Below, in pieces: positions 63,413 through 64,000 of a stretch of DNA of 64,000 bases. The position numbers and the translations under genes are program-made. The stretch's first letter is position 1, and each line of letters opens with the position of its first letter. The notes under the pieces are model-generated. The model saw only the letters and a list, made by a program, of their open reading frames with translations. It made no database searches and had not been told where the DNA came from. The stretch comes from Candidatus Omnitrophota bacterium (GTDB taxonomy: Bacteria > Omnitrophota > Gorgyraeia > Gygaellales > Profunditerraquicolaceae): positions 78,114 through 142,113 of the forward strand of contig JBAZJY010000004.1 of assembly GCA_041651115.1 (NCBI GenBank), in the 5' to 3' direction.

Positions 63413-63503
63413 ACGCCCAATAACGAGATATGCGTTCATCCTGAGGAACGAAGCTCCGAAGGATCTTACAGTTAAAAGCCTTATATATAGGTAAGGCCAA
63501 AAA

Positions 63504-64000
63504 ATGGATAAGAAAATGCACTTTCATCTATCAGGTTGTGCGAGAGGGGTTTTTATCTTAGCATTAATCTCTGTTTTGGCTTCTCCGGTTTTTTCCGAAG
63601 AGCCTGTTTCCGGCAGCAATGAAATTCCTGCGTACGAAGATGAGTTAACTACTCTTTTAAACGATTTTAACGCTTTAAAGGAGGAACTTATAGTTGCAAG
63701 GCAGGATTACCGTAAGTTAAAGAACGAAGCTTCGGCAATACTGGAAGAAAAAGCATCTTTAGAAACCCAGCTTAGAGATGCAAAAGCAAAAGAGCAGCAG
63801 TTACAATCCCAGGTCCAGCAGCTTAATCTTTCCGCTGCCGAAAAAGATAAGGTTATAGCCGGGTTTAGAATAAAAGAGCAGAGAACGCAGGCAGAAGCGC
63901 AGCAAACAATTGCCGACCTGAATCAGAATAGCCTTAAACTTTCCAATCAGATAAAAGACAGCGAGGCCAGGATCGCTGCCCTGCAACAGGAAAAGATCGC
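63504..64000 (+). CDS. Partial (3'-truncated by the window edge) exported coiled-coil protein; not in the ORF track because it has no in-window stop
   Basis: I translated it by hand. The signal peptide reads MDKKMHFHLSGCARGVFILALISVLASPVFS. A heptad-rich Q/E/K/L coiled coil follows. No stop occurs before nt 64000. Confidence 0.4.
   Translation, partial: MDKKMHFHLSGCARGVFILALISVLASPVFSEEPVSGSNEIPAYEDELTTLLNDFNALKEELIVARQDYRKLKNEASAILEEKASLETQLRDAKAKEQQLQSQVQQLNLSAAEKDKVIAGFRIKEQRTQAEAQQTIADLNQNSLKLSNQIKDSEARIAALQQEKI

Noticed and set aside
1-64000. Searches for CRISPR arrays, tRNA or rRNA genes, transposases, integrases and phage genes
   Set aside because: There are no regularly spaced direct repeats, no tRNA-like GTTCGAATC T-loop sequences in any spacer, and no transposase- or integrase-like ORF. 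The window appears to be core chromosome plus one large accessory-like biosynthetic operon.

Overview
64 kb of a bacterial chromosome at about 48-50% GC, densely coding and almost entirely on the + strand. I found no rRNA, tRNA, CRISPR array or obvious transposase. The window divides into three regions. (1) 1-36.7 kb is a nitrogen-assimilation neighbourhood. It carries pstA(partial)-pstB-arsC-like-phoU, an Lrp/AsnC regulator, an aminotransferase, a GAF-ANTAR regulator, glutamine-dependent NadE, an ECF-type sigma factor, a porin-like beta-barrel gene followed by tandem amt-glnB/K pairs (two copies), ispH, a polyprenyl synthase divergent from a UbiA/MenA-like prenyltransferase, an NDH-2-like flavoprotein, DoxX, GSIII (glnN), a Fis-type mini-HTH, gltB-gltD, a HypC::HydE-like radical-SAM fusion, a cyclophilin, a class II (B12-dependent) RNR, PEBP, GNAT, NfnAB/SudAB-like genes and a stand-alone GltB-domain-2 FMN protein. 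(2) 36.8-58.4 kb is a co-directional operon-like cluster of about 21.5 kb, bounded upstream by a perfect 23-bp palindromic terminator. It encodes a class-B radical SAM enzyme, a PAS histidine kinase with a response regulator, an STT3/AglB/PglB-type oligosaccharyltransferase (WWDYG motif), two GT2 enzymes, an ArnT/PMT-like GT-C enzyme, an HddC-like nucleotidyltransferase, an HddA-like GHMP kinase, an epimerase, a UGM-like flavoenzyme, three further B12-binding radical SAM enzymes, a SPASM radical SAM enzyme and tandem paralogous membrane proteins. This is the best candidate for an undescribed glycan or glycoconjugate tailoring system. (3) 58.7-64 kb holds an ExeA-like ATPase, a TM coiled-coil protein, a GspC/PilP-like protein, a secretin and a partial coiled-coil exported protein. 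Non-coding features include a 27-nt dyad motif shared by two nitrogen-related leaders, several sequence-related intrinsic terminators, a roughly 118-nt imperfect palindrome and a promoter-then-terminator leader in front of the sigma gene. Every product call is based on motifs visible in the translations, and no database search was run.
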